NCBI GenBank assembly: GCA_025363025.1
Contig: JANYEO010000035.1
Span: 1-33,542 of the forward strand
Reading direction: 5' to 3'
Origin: Opitutia bacterium
GTDB taxonomy: Bacteria; Verrucomicrobiota; Verrucomicrobiia; Opitutales; JANYEO01
Length of the DNA: 33,542 bases
How positions within the stretch are numbered: position 1 is the first letter of the stretch; each line of letters begins with the position of its first letter. The notes under the pieces were generated by a model. The model had not been told where the DNA came from, did no database searches, and saw only the letters and a list, made by a program, of their open reading frames with translations. The position numbers and the translations under genes were made by a program. Shown piece after piece: positions 8,586 to 17,452 of this stretch.

Positions 8586-9735
8586 TTAATCTTCCTCCTC
8601 CACGCCCGCCTGTTTCCTTGCAGTAGGCCCCCCGGCCCGCAACCATGCATTGACAAAAGGATCAATATCCCCATCTAGAACCGCTTGTACATTCCCTGTA
8701 TCCACTCCCGTCCGCAAATCTTTTACTAATTGATACGGCTGCATCACATAACTGCGGATCTGGTTTCCCCAGCCCATTTCACCTTTTTCTCCATAAAATT
8801 TTTCCATCGTGCTGCGTTTTTCATCCTCCAAACGTTCCATCAAGCGGGATTTTAAGGTCTTCATCGCACTCTGCTTATTTTTAAGTTGGGAGCGCTCATT
8901 TTGGCACGTCACCACAATATTCGTGGGCAAATGGGTTATCCGAATAGCCGAATCTGTCTTATTCACATGCTGCCCCCCTTTTCCGCTAGAGCGATAAGTA
9001 TCAATTCGCAGCTCCGTCTCGTTAATATCAAATTTAATATCATCTTCAATTTCCGCAATCACATCCACTGAGGCAAAAGAAGTATGGCGGCGCTTATTCG
9101 AGTCAAACGGGCTAATCCGTACTAACCGGTGCACCCCCCGCTCTGCCTTGGCATACCCATAAGCATTCGGCCCACTGAGGCGTATAGTAGCCCGGGAAAC
9201 CCCGGCCTCATCCCCCGCTTGCAAATCTTGGATCTCCATCTCAAAGCCCCGGCGCTCCGCCCACCGCGTATAAAGACGCAGAAGCATCTCCGCCCAATCG
9301 CAAGACTCTGTCCCCCCTGCCCCTGCATGGATGCTCAGGATGGCGTTTGCCTTATCATGCGGCCCACTGAGGAAGCTCGCCACCTCAAGGGTCTCCATCT
9401 CGGCCTCAAGGGCCACTAAAACCCCTTCAAGCTCCGCCACATAGCTCACCTCTTCCTCCCCCGTTTCTTGGATCAAATCTTTAAGGGCCACCGCATCCTC
9501 TAAACGCTTCCGATAAGCCACAATCCCCTGGATGACGCCTTTAAATCCATTGGCCTGCCCAATCACTTTTTGAGCGCCTTCCTGGCTATCCCAAAACCCT
9601 GACTCCCCCATCTGAGCCTCTAGCGTCGCTATTTGTTCTTGTTTGCCCTCGACGTCAAAGAAACCTCCACAAATGCCCAGCCCGGCGCACTAAGCTCTCA
9701 CACGCAGTTTTAATTTCAGAAAATGGCCTTATCAT
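8586..9735 (-). CDS. prfB: Peptide chain release factor 2, requires +1 programmed frameshift at 9657
   Basis: The track ORF 8586-9611 carries SPF and GGQ ([21 protein letters not shown]). Frame 0 from the ATG at 9735 encodes [26 protein letters not shown] and then hits TGA. The +1 frame continues [23 protein letters not shown]. Confidence 0.95.
9654..9668 (-). promoter_or_regulatory. prfB autoregulatory +1 frameshift site (GGAGG-TTT-CTT-TGA-C)
   Basis: The minus strand reads ggagg ttt ctt tga c. This is an internal Shine-Dalgarno-like element 3 nt upstream of the CTT slippery codon, followed by an in-frame TGA and a C. Confidence 0.9.
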
Positions 9736-9836
9736 GGCTTCTTTTGTATAAAACCTATCATGAACAATGCAATGCCCTTTTGAGGAACAATTCTTACAAG
9801 GTTAACAAAACCCTCCATCTATAAAATTTTTTGCCC

Positions 9837-11129
9837 TTACTGCTGCTCTTCTTTAAATTTCTTAGGTTGTTTCCTGCGTCGTTCTTCTTCTTCTTCTTTC
9901 CGCTGTTCTTTCCGTTTGGTCCGTTCGTCTGCTTCTTTCTTTCGCCGAGCTTCGTCCAATGCCACCAAAACGTCTAGTCCTTCTGGAAGATGCAATCGAT
10001 ATAGAGGGAACTGATCTTCTGATTCAGGTTCTTCATTCTTTTTCTCCTCTATCAATGGCGTCGCATCAGCTGTCAATGGCGTCGTATTATCTAAATTAAT
10101 CTCCCTTATTTCCAAGTATTCAGGCTCTGTATACTCGCCTGTTTTTAAAGATGCCTCTATAGCGAGCGCTATGTCCGCTTCAAAGGCTGCTTCAGACTCC
10201 TCGTTAACTCGCTCAGAATGTACCTGTGCGGAAGCATCATAAACACCAAAGCCTGGCACATCATTCAAAAAACTAAAATCTTGAATAAAACTAAAATCTT
10301 GAAATTCACCCTGAGTGATAGCTCTCAAAATTGAGCACAAACTATCATCTAACGCAATAATCGCACCATATTTATTCACCAAGGATTGCAGAGCAATTTT
10401 CAAACCATCGACTCCAAGTTTATTATATAATTCGATTATAAACTGATAACCGCATTGATTGAAAGATAACTGCCTCAAGGTATGATCCGTATACTCTGTA
10501 TAACGCTTAACATTAGCTATAAACTGCGCGTGATACTTCAAGAGAATAATGGGCTTTATCAATTTATCATAATCAATATTCCCGAATCTCGAATCATCAT
10601 TTGCTTTTGCGTTCTGTAAATATGCAATCAGACTTTCAAGCCCTGGATAATTCAGATTATGCAGCCAACTATCAGCAGCCTCCGTCCAAAGATTATCTAG
10701 CGTGAAAAATTGATTGAGATTGTTAAGAAAATACTCTCCCCTCTCTAGCCCCAAATCCAAGACAGTCTCCTCATCGGTTCCGGGCTTTTCATTTTTTATT
10801 TTCACTATTGGATCTTCTGCGAAAGGCTGCTCAACATGAGTCGTATTACGGCGAAACATCTCGTGCCAATACACTCCCCCCTCATCTGGCTTTTCATTTT
10901 GATGAGGAATGAGCACTTGCATAGATAACTCAATCGCTAATTGCTCTTTCTCTTCCTCGGTCATTTCATCAACATTACGCATCCATGACCTATCTCCAAC
11001 ATCCCACCCTCCACTTTCCATACCTTGAACAAAGAAAGGCATCCCAATGCCTAATATACCCCAGCACACTGCTTGTTTTAATTTTTTAGTAATAATATTC
11101 ATGCAAAGAATAAAAGTTCTCAAATACAA
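9837..11129 (-). CDS. Secreted protein with two ubiquitin-interacting-motif (UIM)-like segments and a Lys/Glu/Arg-rich tail
   Basis: 430 aa. A hydrophobic N-terminus is present, with an alternative start at 11102 (MNIITKKLKQAVCWGILGIGMPFFVQG). EEEKEQLAIELSMQ and EADIALAIEASLK fit the pattern acidic-phi-x-x-A-x-x-x-S. There is a tandem QDFSF(I/L) duplication. C-terminus is KKEADERTKRKEQRKEEEEERRRKQPKKFKEEQQ. Confidence 0.65.
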   Translation of the reverse strand: MYLRTFILCMNIITKKLKQAVCWGILGIGMPFFVQGMESGGWDVGDRSWMRNVDEMTEEEKEQLAIELSMQVLIPHQNEKPDEGGVYWHEMFRRNTTHVEQPFAEDPIVKIKNEKPGTDEETVLDLGLERGEYFLNNLNQFFTLDNLWTEAADSWLHNLNYPGLESLIAYLQNAKANDDSRFGNIDYDKLIKPIILLKYHAQFIANVKRYTEYTDHTLRQLSFNQCGYQFIIELYNKLGVDGLKIALQSLVNKYGAIIALDDSLCSILRAITQGEFQDFSFIQDFSFLNDVPGFGVYDASAQVHSERVNEESEAAFEADIALAIEASLKTGEYTEPEYLEIREINLDNTTPLTADATPLIEEKKNEEPESEDQFPLYRLHLPEGLDVLVALDEARRKKEADERTKRKEQRKEEEEERRRKQPKKFKEEQQ

Positions 11130-11285
11130 TTTTTCACCTGACCGAAAGCAAACAGTTCAGAAGCAGCCGAACGCAGTAAAAACAACCTTCACCTCGCTTC
11201 GAAACGATGAATCTGAACAACATACATATGTTTTATACATGAAATAAGCTCGTAACAACTTTAACTCTAGAAATCCAGTAAATAT

Positions 11286-11819
11286 TTAAAACATCGCCCA
11301 CACAGGTTCTATTTCTACAAATTGAATCTCTGCCGAACCCTTAAAACTCTTTAAATAAACGTCCATTTCTTGCTCGAAAACACTCATACGATAAGTAACC
11401 CCACCTCCACTTTCCTTCGGCCTCCTTGTTCCCATGCTATACAACCCATAGGCGGATTCATCAAATAAAAGAAAGTCTACAGCCACGGTACCACCTACTT
11501 CAATGGTAGGGCTCCCAAGCCCCAGGTTCAGGCCAAAGGCCGCATGGGCTTCATCCACCTCTATCCCACAAAAAGGCAGCTGGACGCTTCTTTCATGCGG
11601 CAAAAGCCACACTGGCACTTCATAACGCCGCTCTATCACCCTCCCATTTGCGGAGAAAGCATAATGCACCCGAAGGCCCATGAGCGTCCAATAAAGCTTT
11701 GTAAAGGCCTCGGGGCTCAACCCCTTTAGGCCTTCATCTCCCGTAGCTGCCTTTACCATAAGGCTGAGCGGTAAACCATACTCACTTACCGGATATAAAA
11801 AATGAGGGTACGTTTCCAT
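11286..11819 (-). CDS. Hypothetical protein, last gene of the phage-like operon
   Basis: 177-aa intact ORF that begins 6 nt after the preceding stop. No recognisable motif. Confidence 0.45.
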   Translation of the reverse strand: METYPHFLYPVSEYGLPLSLMVKAATGDEGLKGLSPEAFTKLYWTLMGLRVHYAFSANGRVIERRYEVPVWLLPHERSVQLPFCGIEVDEAHAAFGLNLGLGSPTIEVGGTVAVDFLLFDESAYGLYSMGTRRPKESGGGVTYRMSVFEQEMDVYLKSFKGSAEIQFVEIEPVWAMF

Positions 11820-11824
11820 CTTAG

Positions 11825-13561
11825 TTAGCGTGCATAAGGCTTACTGGCGAGCACCAAGCGCTTAAGCAAAACGCCATTATGACACACCGTTTCCTCTCGC
11901 AACTCTACCTGTGCATTTTCTGGCAAAGCCGCCATATCAAGGACAATAGCCCCTGTTTTTTCCGTTTCGCTCAATACCAAACGCTTCATACGTCCTACCC
12001 CTCGGTCCGTATTCTCTAAACGCGCATGAGTCGCCTGCTTAATCGATTGACGAGAAGAAGACCGCCCCAGCGCTCGAAAAGGCGCCCTTTGAACCGGCCT
12101 GCGCTCGCGGTTTGCCCGCAAAAGCTCTACTAAATCATCCGCACCCAAGAGGCCTACCGGGCCAAATTTTAGTACCACATCCCCCGTCTCTACCTGGTAA
12201 GTTACAGACTGTATTAAAGCCCCCATCGCTTCCCATTCAGGCTTACCCCCCACCATACAAAGCGTCTTCCCCAAATAGGATTGATTCAAGTATTCACTCC
12301 CGCACAGGGCCACCTCCCCCTCATAAGACAGTGTCGCTACAGCTTCGTACAAAGCTTTGGCTAAGCCTAGCGGAGGAGCCTCCTCCATACTATCAGTCAT
12401 CGCATACGTGTACATTTTTTGAATCGCAGAAGTCGCCTGAAGCCTCACCGCTACTGGGTGCTCAACCGCAGTGCCCTCTAATGTTTCATACGCTAAAGTA
12501 GCCCGCACAACCTCTTCTTCTACCTCACAATTCATCCACTCTGCAATTGCACCCCCTACCAGCTCATCCGGTAGCATGCTTTGGCGCTGTGCATGCTTAA
12601 CCACGAGGGATCCTTCCTTTATAGCCCCCAAGCTCGGCAAATGACGGGCCCACCAATCGCCTGACTCTGGCAAAATGGGGGCCGTTTTAACCGCTTGCTT
12701 AAGCTCATGCGCCCGCAAGCCTGCAAGCTCAAGGGTCAAGACAATGGCCTTGGGCTGCTCTGCTCTTTCCCCTTCTGGGTAAGCCTCAATCTCAGTCGTA
12801 GCCCATGTATGGCTACCTACACGGTGGACTTTTTCATACTTAAGGATCACAGCGGGGGCCACACGGTCATGCCGCGGGGTAATGGCAAAACGCTTCAGCT
12901 TATCTTCCGTCACATGAAGGCTTAAAGGCATAGCACTGGCCCTCTGCCTAATATTTAAAACAGGATACCCCTCTGCATGATAATCAAAACTAACCACTGC
13001 ATCCGGAGCAAAACGGAGCACCCTTGACAAAGCTTCAGCACACGATACATCGCGCAGCTCATCCATTGGCAAGGGGTAATCCGATTCAATAGTACCTATA
13101 ACAAAGGGCGCTCCACAGCGTATGGCATACTCTGCAATATCAGCTATTGCCCCAGCGCTACGTATCGACTGCCCTGCTGTATTTTGGCCTAGGACAACCC
13201 GCCCTTTATAAACAGGGGCCCATTCTGTAGCCTCTGCCTCATAAGACGTCGCCTCCTGCCAAACTTGTTGGTAAACTGTATTCTCTAAATACCAAAAAGG
13301 CCCTTTCACCTCATAACTCATACGAGACCCAGTCGCCAGTGTGTAGCCAGGGGTGCGCGTTACAAGGCCTTCAAACCAGCGCACCCCGCCGTTCCAAATA
13401 GACAAAGGGGCCTCAGCTGCAAAAGCCTCTATCTCATCTCCTATTTGATTAAACGTTACCGTATCTTCCCCCGGGTTCATTACAGAGCGTTTGAGGTTTG
13501 TAATCCCCCATTCAGCTAGAGTTTTTTCAACCCCTTGATATTTTAGAGTCCAGTTTTCCAT
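11825..13561 (-). CDS. Phage-like structural protein, possible tail hub or distal tail protein
   Basis: 578 aa and the largest ORF of the operon. The N-terminus WTLKYQGVEKTLAEWGITNLKRSVMNPGEDTVTFNQ...WFEGLVTRTP...YEVKGPFWYLENTVY loosely resembles gpD/gp27/VgrG-type hub N-termini. The assignment is tentative. Confidence 0.45.
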   Translation of the reverse strand: MENWTLKYQGVEKTLAEWGITNLKRSVMNPGEDTVTFNQIGDEIEAFAAEAPLSIWNGGVRWFEGLVTRTPGYTLATGSRMSYEVKGPFWYLENTVYQQVWQEATSYEAEATEWAPVYKGRVVLGQNTAGQSIRSAGAIADIAEYAIRCGAPFVIGTIESDYPLPMDELRDVSCAEALSRVLRFAPDAVVSFDYHAEGYPVLNIRQRASAMPLSLHVTEDKLKRFAITPRHDRVAPAVILKYEKVHRVGSHTWATTEIEAYPEGERAEQPKAIVLTLELAGLRAHELKQAVKTAPILPESGDWWARHLPSLGAIKEGSLVVKHAQRQSMLPDELVGGAIAEWMNCEVEEEVVRATLAYETLEGTAVEHPVAVRLQATSAIQKMYTYAMTDSMEEAPPLGLAKALYEAVATLSYEGEVALCGSEYLNQSYLGKTLCMVGGKPEWEAMGALIQSVTYQVETGDVVLKFGPVGLLGADDLVELLRANRERRPVQRAPFRALGRSSSRQSIKQATHARLENTDRGVGRMKRLVLSETEKTGAIVLDMAALPENAQVELREETVCHNGVLLKRLVLASKPYAR

Positions 13562-13582
13562 GATAATATTACTGTATGAATT

Positions 13583-13780
13583 TTAAGTATTTCTCAGATT
13601 ACGCAAACGCCCATTATGGCTCTTCATTTCCTCTTCTATCCCACGAATGATTTCTTCGTATTCGCGCATGCGGCGCTCACGTGCGGCTTCGCGTTCCAAA
13701 TTTTCTTGGAATACGCGTCGCATATGACGTTCTTCAAGCTCCAACATTTCTTCTTCGCTGGCACAGTCGTAAAGCTTCAT
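13583..13780 (-). CDS. Small highly charged coiled-coil protein
   Basis: 65 aa, EER/REE-rich. Its ATG overlaps the upstream stop (ATGA at 13777-13780), which suggests translational coupling. Confidence 0.4.
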   Translation of the reverse strand: MKLYDCASEEEMLELEERHMRRVFQENLEREAARERRMREYEEIIRGIEEEMKSHNGRLRNLRNT

Positions 13781-14190
13781 GATAATTCTCGTTTTGTTTT
13801 ATGTTGAAACAGACCGCCAACAATCTCGTAACGATCAATCGTTATAGGCCCTTTAACGGTGCTCTCCACGCGTTTCATAACTGCCGTTTGCAAGGTAATC
13901 TCAGATGGTTTTTCATCTTCTGAGGTCGCTTTAAATAAGCCTTCTAGCCCTTGAAGCTTACTCGCATGCAAAAGCGCGTGCGTTAAAGCCCCTTCTAAAG
14001 AAGCGTGCTTTCTAACTATTTGAAAGCGCAAGGTATGGTGCGCATTGCCCCTATCTATTCGCTGGGCACTAATACTCCCAATCAAGTTTACCTCTTGGAC
14101 TAAGCGGCCACTCACGACGGTTAAGTCGATCGGGCCTTCTCTAAAAGCTTCTCCTTTTGAGAGCGTATGGGTTCCAAATTCAATTTTCAT
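13777..14190 (-). CDS. Phage-like structural protein, unknown role
   Basis: 137-aa intact ORF at the position of the head-completion or neck genes. No motif recognised. Confidence 0.4.
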   Translation of the reverse strand: MKIEFGTHTLSKGEAFREGPIDLTVVSGRLVQEVNLIGSISAQRIDRGNAHHTLRFQIVRKHASLEGALTHALLHASKLQGLEGLFKATSEDEKPSEITLQTAVMKRVESTVKGPITIDRYEIVGGLFQHKTKRELS

Positions 14191-14201
14191 AATAAATGTT
14201 T

Positions 14202-14651
14202 TTAATAGGTTTCAGGGATAGAAGCCCCACAATCAACCGCTACCACAAAGGTAAGCCGAACCGTTTCATGCGGGTGGTTTTTCGGGTCTTTTTCAATGAC
14301 CCAGGGAGAAGGTTCCGCTAATGTAAGCGGGGTTAAAACGCCCTTTACAGGCGGCTGCCAACCATGAAGAACTTCGCAAATATACTCTGCGACTTCTGTT
14401 GTAGAGGGTCCATTGATCATCAGGTAAGTATTCGTCACAACCCGCATAGAAAAGCGGACGCGGTCAAAATACGGCCCCGGCAAATGCGGATTAGGCCTCT
14501 CGGGTATAGGGGGCTCAACGATTACGGTTAAGCGGCTCGTTACAATGACTTCTTTTCCTGCGGTGGCGCGTATCAAATCAATCGGCCATTCTTTATCCCG
14601 TATTTGAGCCGTTACGCTATTTTGCAAATCACTTAAAGTAGAATGAAACAT
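14202..14651 (-). CDS. Phage-like head-completion or neck protein candidate
   Basis: 149-aa ORF that starts 2 nt after the adaptor gene stop. The call is based on position only. Confidence 0.4.
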   Translation of the reverse strand: MFHSTLSDLQNSVTAQIRDKEWPIDLIRATAGKEVIVTSRLTVIVEPPIPERPNPHLPGPYFDRVRFSMRVVTNTYLMINGPSTTEVAEYICEVLHGWQPPVKGVLTPLTLAEPSPWVIEKDPKNHPHETVRLTFVVAVDCGASIPETY

Positions 14652-14653
14652 AA

Positions 14654-15130
14654 TTATAATCCTCGAAAATGGTTACGTGAAAAAACAAGAGCCCGCTTAG
14701 ACAAAACATCTACCGGTGGGTGTTTTGGGAAAAACCCATCATAGGCATTTGTATCTTCTTCAAAAGGGCTCGGGTACGTAACAGGCACTTCTCCTTTAGA
14801 AATACGGCGAAGCAGTTCGCGGGCTTGCTTTGCATTTTCCTTCTGCTCATCGCTTAAAGAAATACCCGGCACACGGGATTGAATAGCTTCTAAAACAAGG
14901 TGCATGGCGGCACTGCGTACTTCTGGAGGCAGGGTTAAATGATCATCATCGAGCGCATTCTTCACCTTTCCGTGGACCTCTGCCCGGATGCGGGATATCG
15001 TATCTTCGATAATCATGGGTATGATATCGGGACCTCCGGGTATCGATGCATAATCGATAAGCGCGTTTAATTGAGGGGCAAAAAGATAAGTCTTTAGGCA
15101 CTCAAGGGTTATTGTTTTCCAAAGTTTCAT
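14654..15130 (-). CDS. Head-tail adaptor, DUF1320 / Mu gp36-like
   Basis: The pattern ITLECLKTYL..PQLNALIDYA....IEDTISRIRAEV...LPPEVRSAAMHLVLEAI...DEQKENAKQARELLRRISKGEVPV parallels the DUF1320 layout as I remember it. Confidence 0.6.
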   Translation of the reverse strand: MKLWKTITLECLKTYLFAPQLNALIDYASIPGGPDIIPMIIEDTISRIRAEVHGKVKNALDDDHLTLPPEVRSAAMHLVLEAIQSRVPGISLSDEQKENAKQARELLRRISKGEVPVTYPSPFEEDTNAYDGFFPKHPPVDVLSKRALVFSRNHFRGL

Positions 15131-15211
15131 GGTAATAGAAGGGGTGGCCGCTGCAAAAGACTACAGCGGCCGGGTGTGTTTTGTTTTGTATCAAACCGCC
15201 TTAAGCGATTG

Positions 15212-16159
15212 TTAGCTTATAATGAGCTTTTGGACGCCAAGCGTAGACGTCGTCACGATGTTAGAGTAATGCTCAACAGAGATATCGGTAAACTTCGCAT
15301 GCTCTTCTAAGAAGACACGGAAGGCCCCTTGCTCTGTTGGGGTGATGAAGCGCTTCAAATTTGAAGGATCATCTTTATCGAGCACTTGCTGCGCATTAAA
15401 GAGCACCGCGTAGTTGGCCAAGGCTTTGCCATCGGGGCCATCTAAGCGCTCTTTTGCAACGCGAACGGCTTCGAGCCCGTAATGGATAGCAAGATCTGAA
15501 GGACTTAACAGAAGACCTGCAAAGGCTGCAGCTTTATCATTCGTTGCATAATGTTGATGACGCAGCTGCCAGGCCCCACGACCAAAGAGGGCACGTGTAG
15601 GCTCTACCCCCGAGGCATTGCCTACAGCAAGAATAGCGGAAAGCACATCTGAATCAGGAGAAGCAGCTGAGTTATCCGACCAATTAAGCGCTTGGCCTAC
15701 TGAGTCTAAGGATAAGAGAGCGGCTAAGGACCGACGAAGCTCGCTGCGGTATAGGCGCTGCATGAGGATTTGTACATAACGCTCGTGCCAGCTATCGCCT
15801 GCGACATCATCATGGTCTACCCGAATGGTGAGGCCTTTGTTAAGCGTCTTTTCATTAACGCTGGAGCCCGTGTATTCAACACGTTTGAAGGCTGCCCCTT
15901 CTGCCCGAATATCATCGATTTCGGAGAGGAAGCATTGGGACTCATCTGCACGTTTAAACTCGAAGCGGCGAGCCACTTCTACAGGGGGGGCGATAAAATC
16001 CAAGAGCTCGACCAAAGGATCATTATCCTTCCATCCGACAGTGAAGGCAGTGAGCGGCTCCGAATAGTGGCTGTTTTGGAAGCGGTTTTCGTTAGCGATA
16101 TAGACTTGGCCGTTATTTAAGGATTGTCCATTATCGCGAGGCGTGTGGGTGTTCGACAT
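15212..16159 (-). CDS. Major capsid protein (HK97-fold type associated with a DUF2190 partner)
   Basis: 315 aa, located immediately after the protease and DUF2190 genes. Size and position are typical. No direct motif proof. Confidence 0.6.
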   Translation of the reverse strand: MSNTHTPRDNGQSLNNGQVYIANENRFQNSHYSEPLTAFTVGWKDNDPLVELLDFIAPPVEVARRFEFKRADESQCFLSEIDDIRAEGAAFKRVEYTGSSVNEKTLNKGLTIRVDHDDVAGDSWHERYVQILMQRLYRSELRRSLAALLSLDSVGQALNWSDNSAASPDSDVLSAILAVGNASGVEPTRALFGRGAWQLRHQHYATNDKAAAFAGLLLSPSDLAIHYGLEAVRVAKERLDGPDGKALANYAVLFNAQQVLDKDDPSNLKRFITPTEQGAFRVFLEEHAKFTDISVEHYSNIVTTSTLGVQKLIIS

Positions 16160-16195
16160 AATATGAGATACTTTTAGGATTATTAGAGATTTGTA

Positions 16196-16720
16196 TTAGC
16201 TGATGTTGATGGAGAGTGGGGCATAAGGATCGACCTCGATGACTTCCCCTGGGCGGCGTGCAAAGCCAAGGGCTTGACCGACACGGTAATAGGTACCCTT
16301 TTCTGTCGGGTAGCCTTGGATGCGACCTTCTGTAGCGGCAAAGACTTCTTCCCCTTCTTTAATAGGGGTAGCAGATACCATGAGGAATGTGCTATCAGCC
16401 GCCCCCATGAGGGCTACGGCGACAGCATCCCCCGCTGTGCCTCCGCTAAGAACCATACCTTGGGGCATAGAATGGGCATCGCAGATAACGACTTGATTAG
16501 GTGCAGAACCTGCTTTGACTAAGAGTCCGCGTTTAGAAACATTGACCCCCAAGATGCGGGTTAAACGGCCCGTATGGGTACCTTCCGATGCATTGGCAGC
16601 TTTATTCGGAAAGAAGGGATGGGGACGAGGCTTGCGAGCCACGGCACAGCTATCTAGCCAATTATAGCAGAGCCCGATAGGCGATAGGATGAATTTGAGA
16701 ATAAGGATTAATGTATACAT
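16196..16720 (-). CDS. DUF2190-family capsid decoration/cement-like protein (start uncertain)
   Basis: The C-terminal 110 aa read GLLVKAGSAPNQVVICDA....GMVLSGGTAGDAVAVALMGA..FLMVSATPIKEGEEVFAATEGRIQGY....YRVGQALGFARRPGEVIEVD. This matches the Gly-rich beta pattern of DUF2190. Confidence 0.55.
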   Translation of the reverse strand: MYTLILILKFILSPIGLCYNWLDSCAVARKPRPHPFFPNKAANASEGTHTGRLTRILGVNVSKRGLLVKAGSAPNQVVICDAHSMPQGMVLSGGTAGDAVAVALMGAADSTFLMVSATPIKEGEEVFAATEGRIQGYPTEKGTYYRVGQALGFARRPGEVIEVDPYAPLSINIS

Positions 16721-16765
16721 ATGATTTTTTAGTGTTTGATTTTGGTTATGAGTGATGGGGTTTTT

Positions 16766-17434
16766 TTAGGTACTAAGGGACTCGTAGCGCTCGGGGTGGC
16801 GGTATTTAGCGCGCGACCAAGCGGCAATGTAAGATTCTTCTTTCGAACGTTTACCGGATTGGACCGTGGCTAAAAATTTTCCCGCAGGAAGCTTATCTTG
16901 CGTTAAAAAACGCAGGTGCAATGTGTCACTGGCTACCTTTAATGCGACTTGAGGAATAACAACTTCTGGTACTACTACCTGCGTTTTTTGATTATCAATA
17001 CAGCAGCTAGGAATATTCGGATAATTGGTAAGCCCCACTGAAACTAATGTTTTGGGAATCGAAATATTGCCTTCGACAAATGCTAACAACCAATGGGGTG
17101 AAAAAAACTGATAGCGACCAGAAGCCATAAGGCAGGCGCCAGAAGGCGTCCACTTAACTTGCATCCACAGGCCATCTTCGCGGGCCTCTAAGGCTTTTAC
17201 GGTGCCGTAAACCTGAGGATTTTTGTGCCCCGGACGTTTAAAAAAACGTTCGCTATCGGGATGACCAATATAAATAGGAACCCGCGAAAAGCCGCGTAAA
17301 CAGCGATACAAGAATGAATGGAAGCGGTATGCCATGTTTTCGGCGGCTTCGCGGGTAAAGCATTGAAGGACGGGCCCGTAAGGGTGTTCCCCATAAGGAG
17401 CCATTAAAAACCAATCAGAAATCGTATGCGTCAT
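16766..17434 (-). CDS. Mu gpI-like prohead protease/scaffold
   Basis: The N-terminus WFLMAPYGEHPYG...FTREAAENMAYRF...VPIYIGHPD resembles the Mu-like_Pro (gpI) signature. It lies directly after the portal gene. Confidence 0.6.
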   Translation of the reverse strand: MTHTISDWFLMAPYGEHPYGPVLQCFTREAAENMAYRFHSFLYRCLRGFSRVPIYIGHPDSERFFKRPGHKNPQVYGTVKALEAREDGLWMQVKWTPSGACLMASGRYQFFSPHWLLAFVEGNISIPKTLVSVGLTNYPNIPSCCIDNQKTQVVVPEVVIPQVALKVASDTLHLRFLTQDKLPAGKFLATVQSGKRSKEESYIAAWSRAKYRHPERYESLST

Positions 17435-17452
17435 GACTTAAAAAAATTAAGA

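Noticed and set aside
8512-8646. N-terminal 45-codon extension of the 388-aa ORF
   Set aside because: It would overlap the last 60 nt of prfB. The internal ATG at 8511 gives a perfect signal peptide, and the extension ([19 protein letters not shown]...) looks like out-of-frame prfB sequence.
12112-12501. 129-aa plus-strand ORF, and similar antisense ORFs at 12695-12925, 15770-16120, 15825-16067, 16274-16522 and 25292-25977
   Set aside because: All are antisense to long, well-supported minus-strand genes and are rich in Pro/Ser/Arg/Leu, as expected from reverse-frame translation.
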